From Octopus bimaculoides (Eukaryota), in NCBI RefSeq assembly GCF_001194135.2, contig NC_068986.1:50337989-50401988 (forward strand): DNA of 64,000 bases, given 5' to 3'. Positions 63,507-64,000 of this stretch are shown in pieces. Each line of letters opens with the position of its first letter. The first letter of the stretch is position 1. A model generated the notes under the pieces. That model made no database searches. It was not told the DNA's origin and worked only from the letters and a program-made list of their open reading frames with translations. A program made the translations under genes and the position numbers.

Positions 63507-63750
63507 GAAGGCACATAGCTTAGTGGTTAGGGTGTTGCACTCATGATTGCAAGATCGTGGGTTCGATTCCCAGACGGGGTGTTGTGTTCTTAAGCAAAAC
63601 ACTTCATTTTATGTTGCTCTGCGATCATTTCATCATCTGACATGTGGCACATGGTGCATCTGTACAGGAAATGTTGATTTGATGGAGGGATTGAGCTTAT
63701 GTGTACACAAACATTTGATCACTACAAACAAATCATCTGTCGTCTAACAA
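63505..63750 (+). mobile_element. tRNA-derived SINE (B-related variant)
   Basis: ggcgaaggcacatagcttagtggttaggg...ggttcgattcccagacggggtgttgtgttcttaagcaaaacacttcatttt. Confidence 0.75.
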
Positions 63751-63768
63751 CAGGAGAGTCCATGATAG

Positions 63769-63807
<39 letters not shown>

Positions 63808-63895
63808 NNNNNNNNNNATAATCCTTTCTACAATAAAGTACAAGGCTTGAAATTTTGGCAGGAGTGGATGAGTTGAGTATATTGACCCCAGTACT

Positions 63896-64000
63896 CATCA
63901 TCATCATCATCGTTTAACGTCCACTTTCCATGCTAGCATGGGTTGGACGATTTGATTGAGGACTGGCGAACCAGATGGCTACACCAGGCTCCAATCTGAT
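63896..64000 (-). mobile_element. RTE-tail repeat (family E), young, runs off the window
   Basis: catcatcatcatcgtttaacgtccactttccatgctagcatgggttggacg, with CpGs retained. Confidence 0.88.

Overview
This is a repeat-dense, gap-containing window of animal DNA. The SINE families and microsatellite load look like an Octopus genome (inference from recognised repeat types; no database search run). No host protein-coding gene can be called with confidence. The long ORFs in the track are N-gap, microsatellite or SINE artefacts. Real coding signal is limited to decayed transposon proteins: a Tc1 transposase (81-577), RTE-clade reverse transcriptase fragments (32.2 kb and 60.7-62.6 kb), and a CCHC zinc-knuckle LINE ORF1 (41740-42279). 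The window holds dozens of tRNA-derived SINEs in about five modular families, labelled A-D and F here, plus RTE-tail repeats. It also holds MITEs of hAT, piggyBac, Tc1/mariner, pogo/Tc2 and Harbinger type. The most interesting signal is three short plus-strand cassettes in or beside (TA)n tracts, each with a type I hammerhead ribozyme core. They are nearly complete at 58260-58349, degenerate at 48520-48564, and a 3' half only at 57789-57805. Their palindromic or near-palindromic helix III is the dimer-cleaving design of Penelope-like elements and retrozymes. Other notable items are a 51-bp target-site duplication, a fold-back element carrying a copy of nearby DNA, a pre-miRNA-sized hairpin, and a CpG-rich 45-49 kb region with candidate divergent transcripts and micro-exons.
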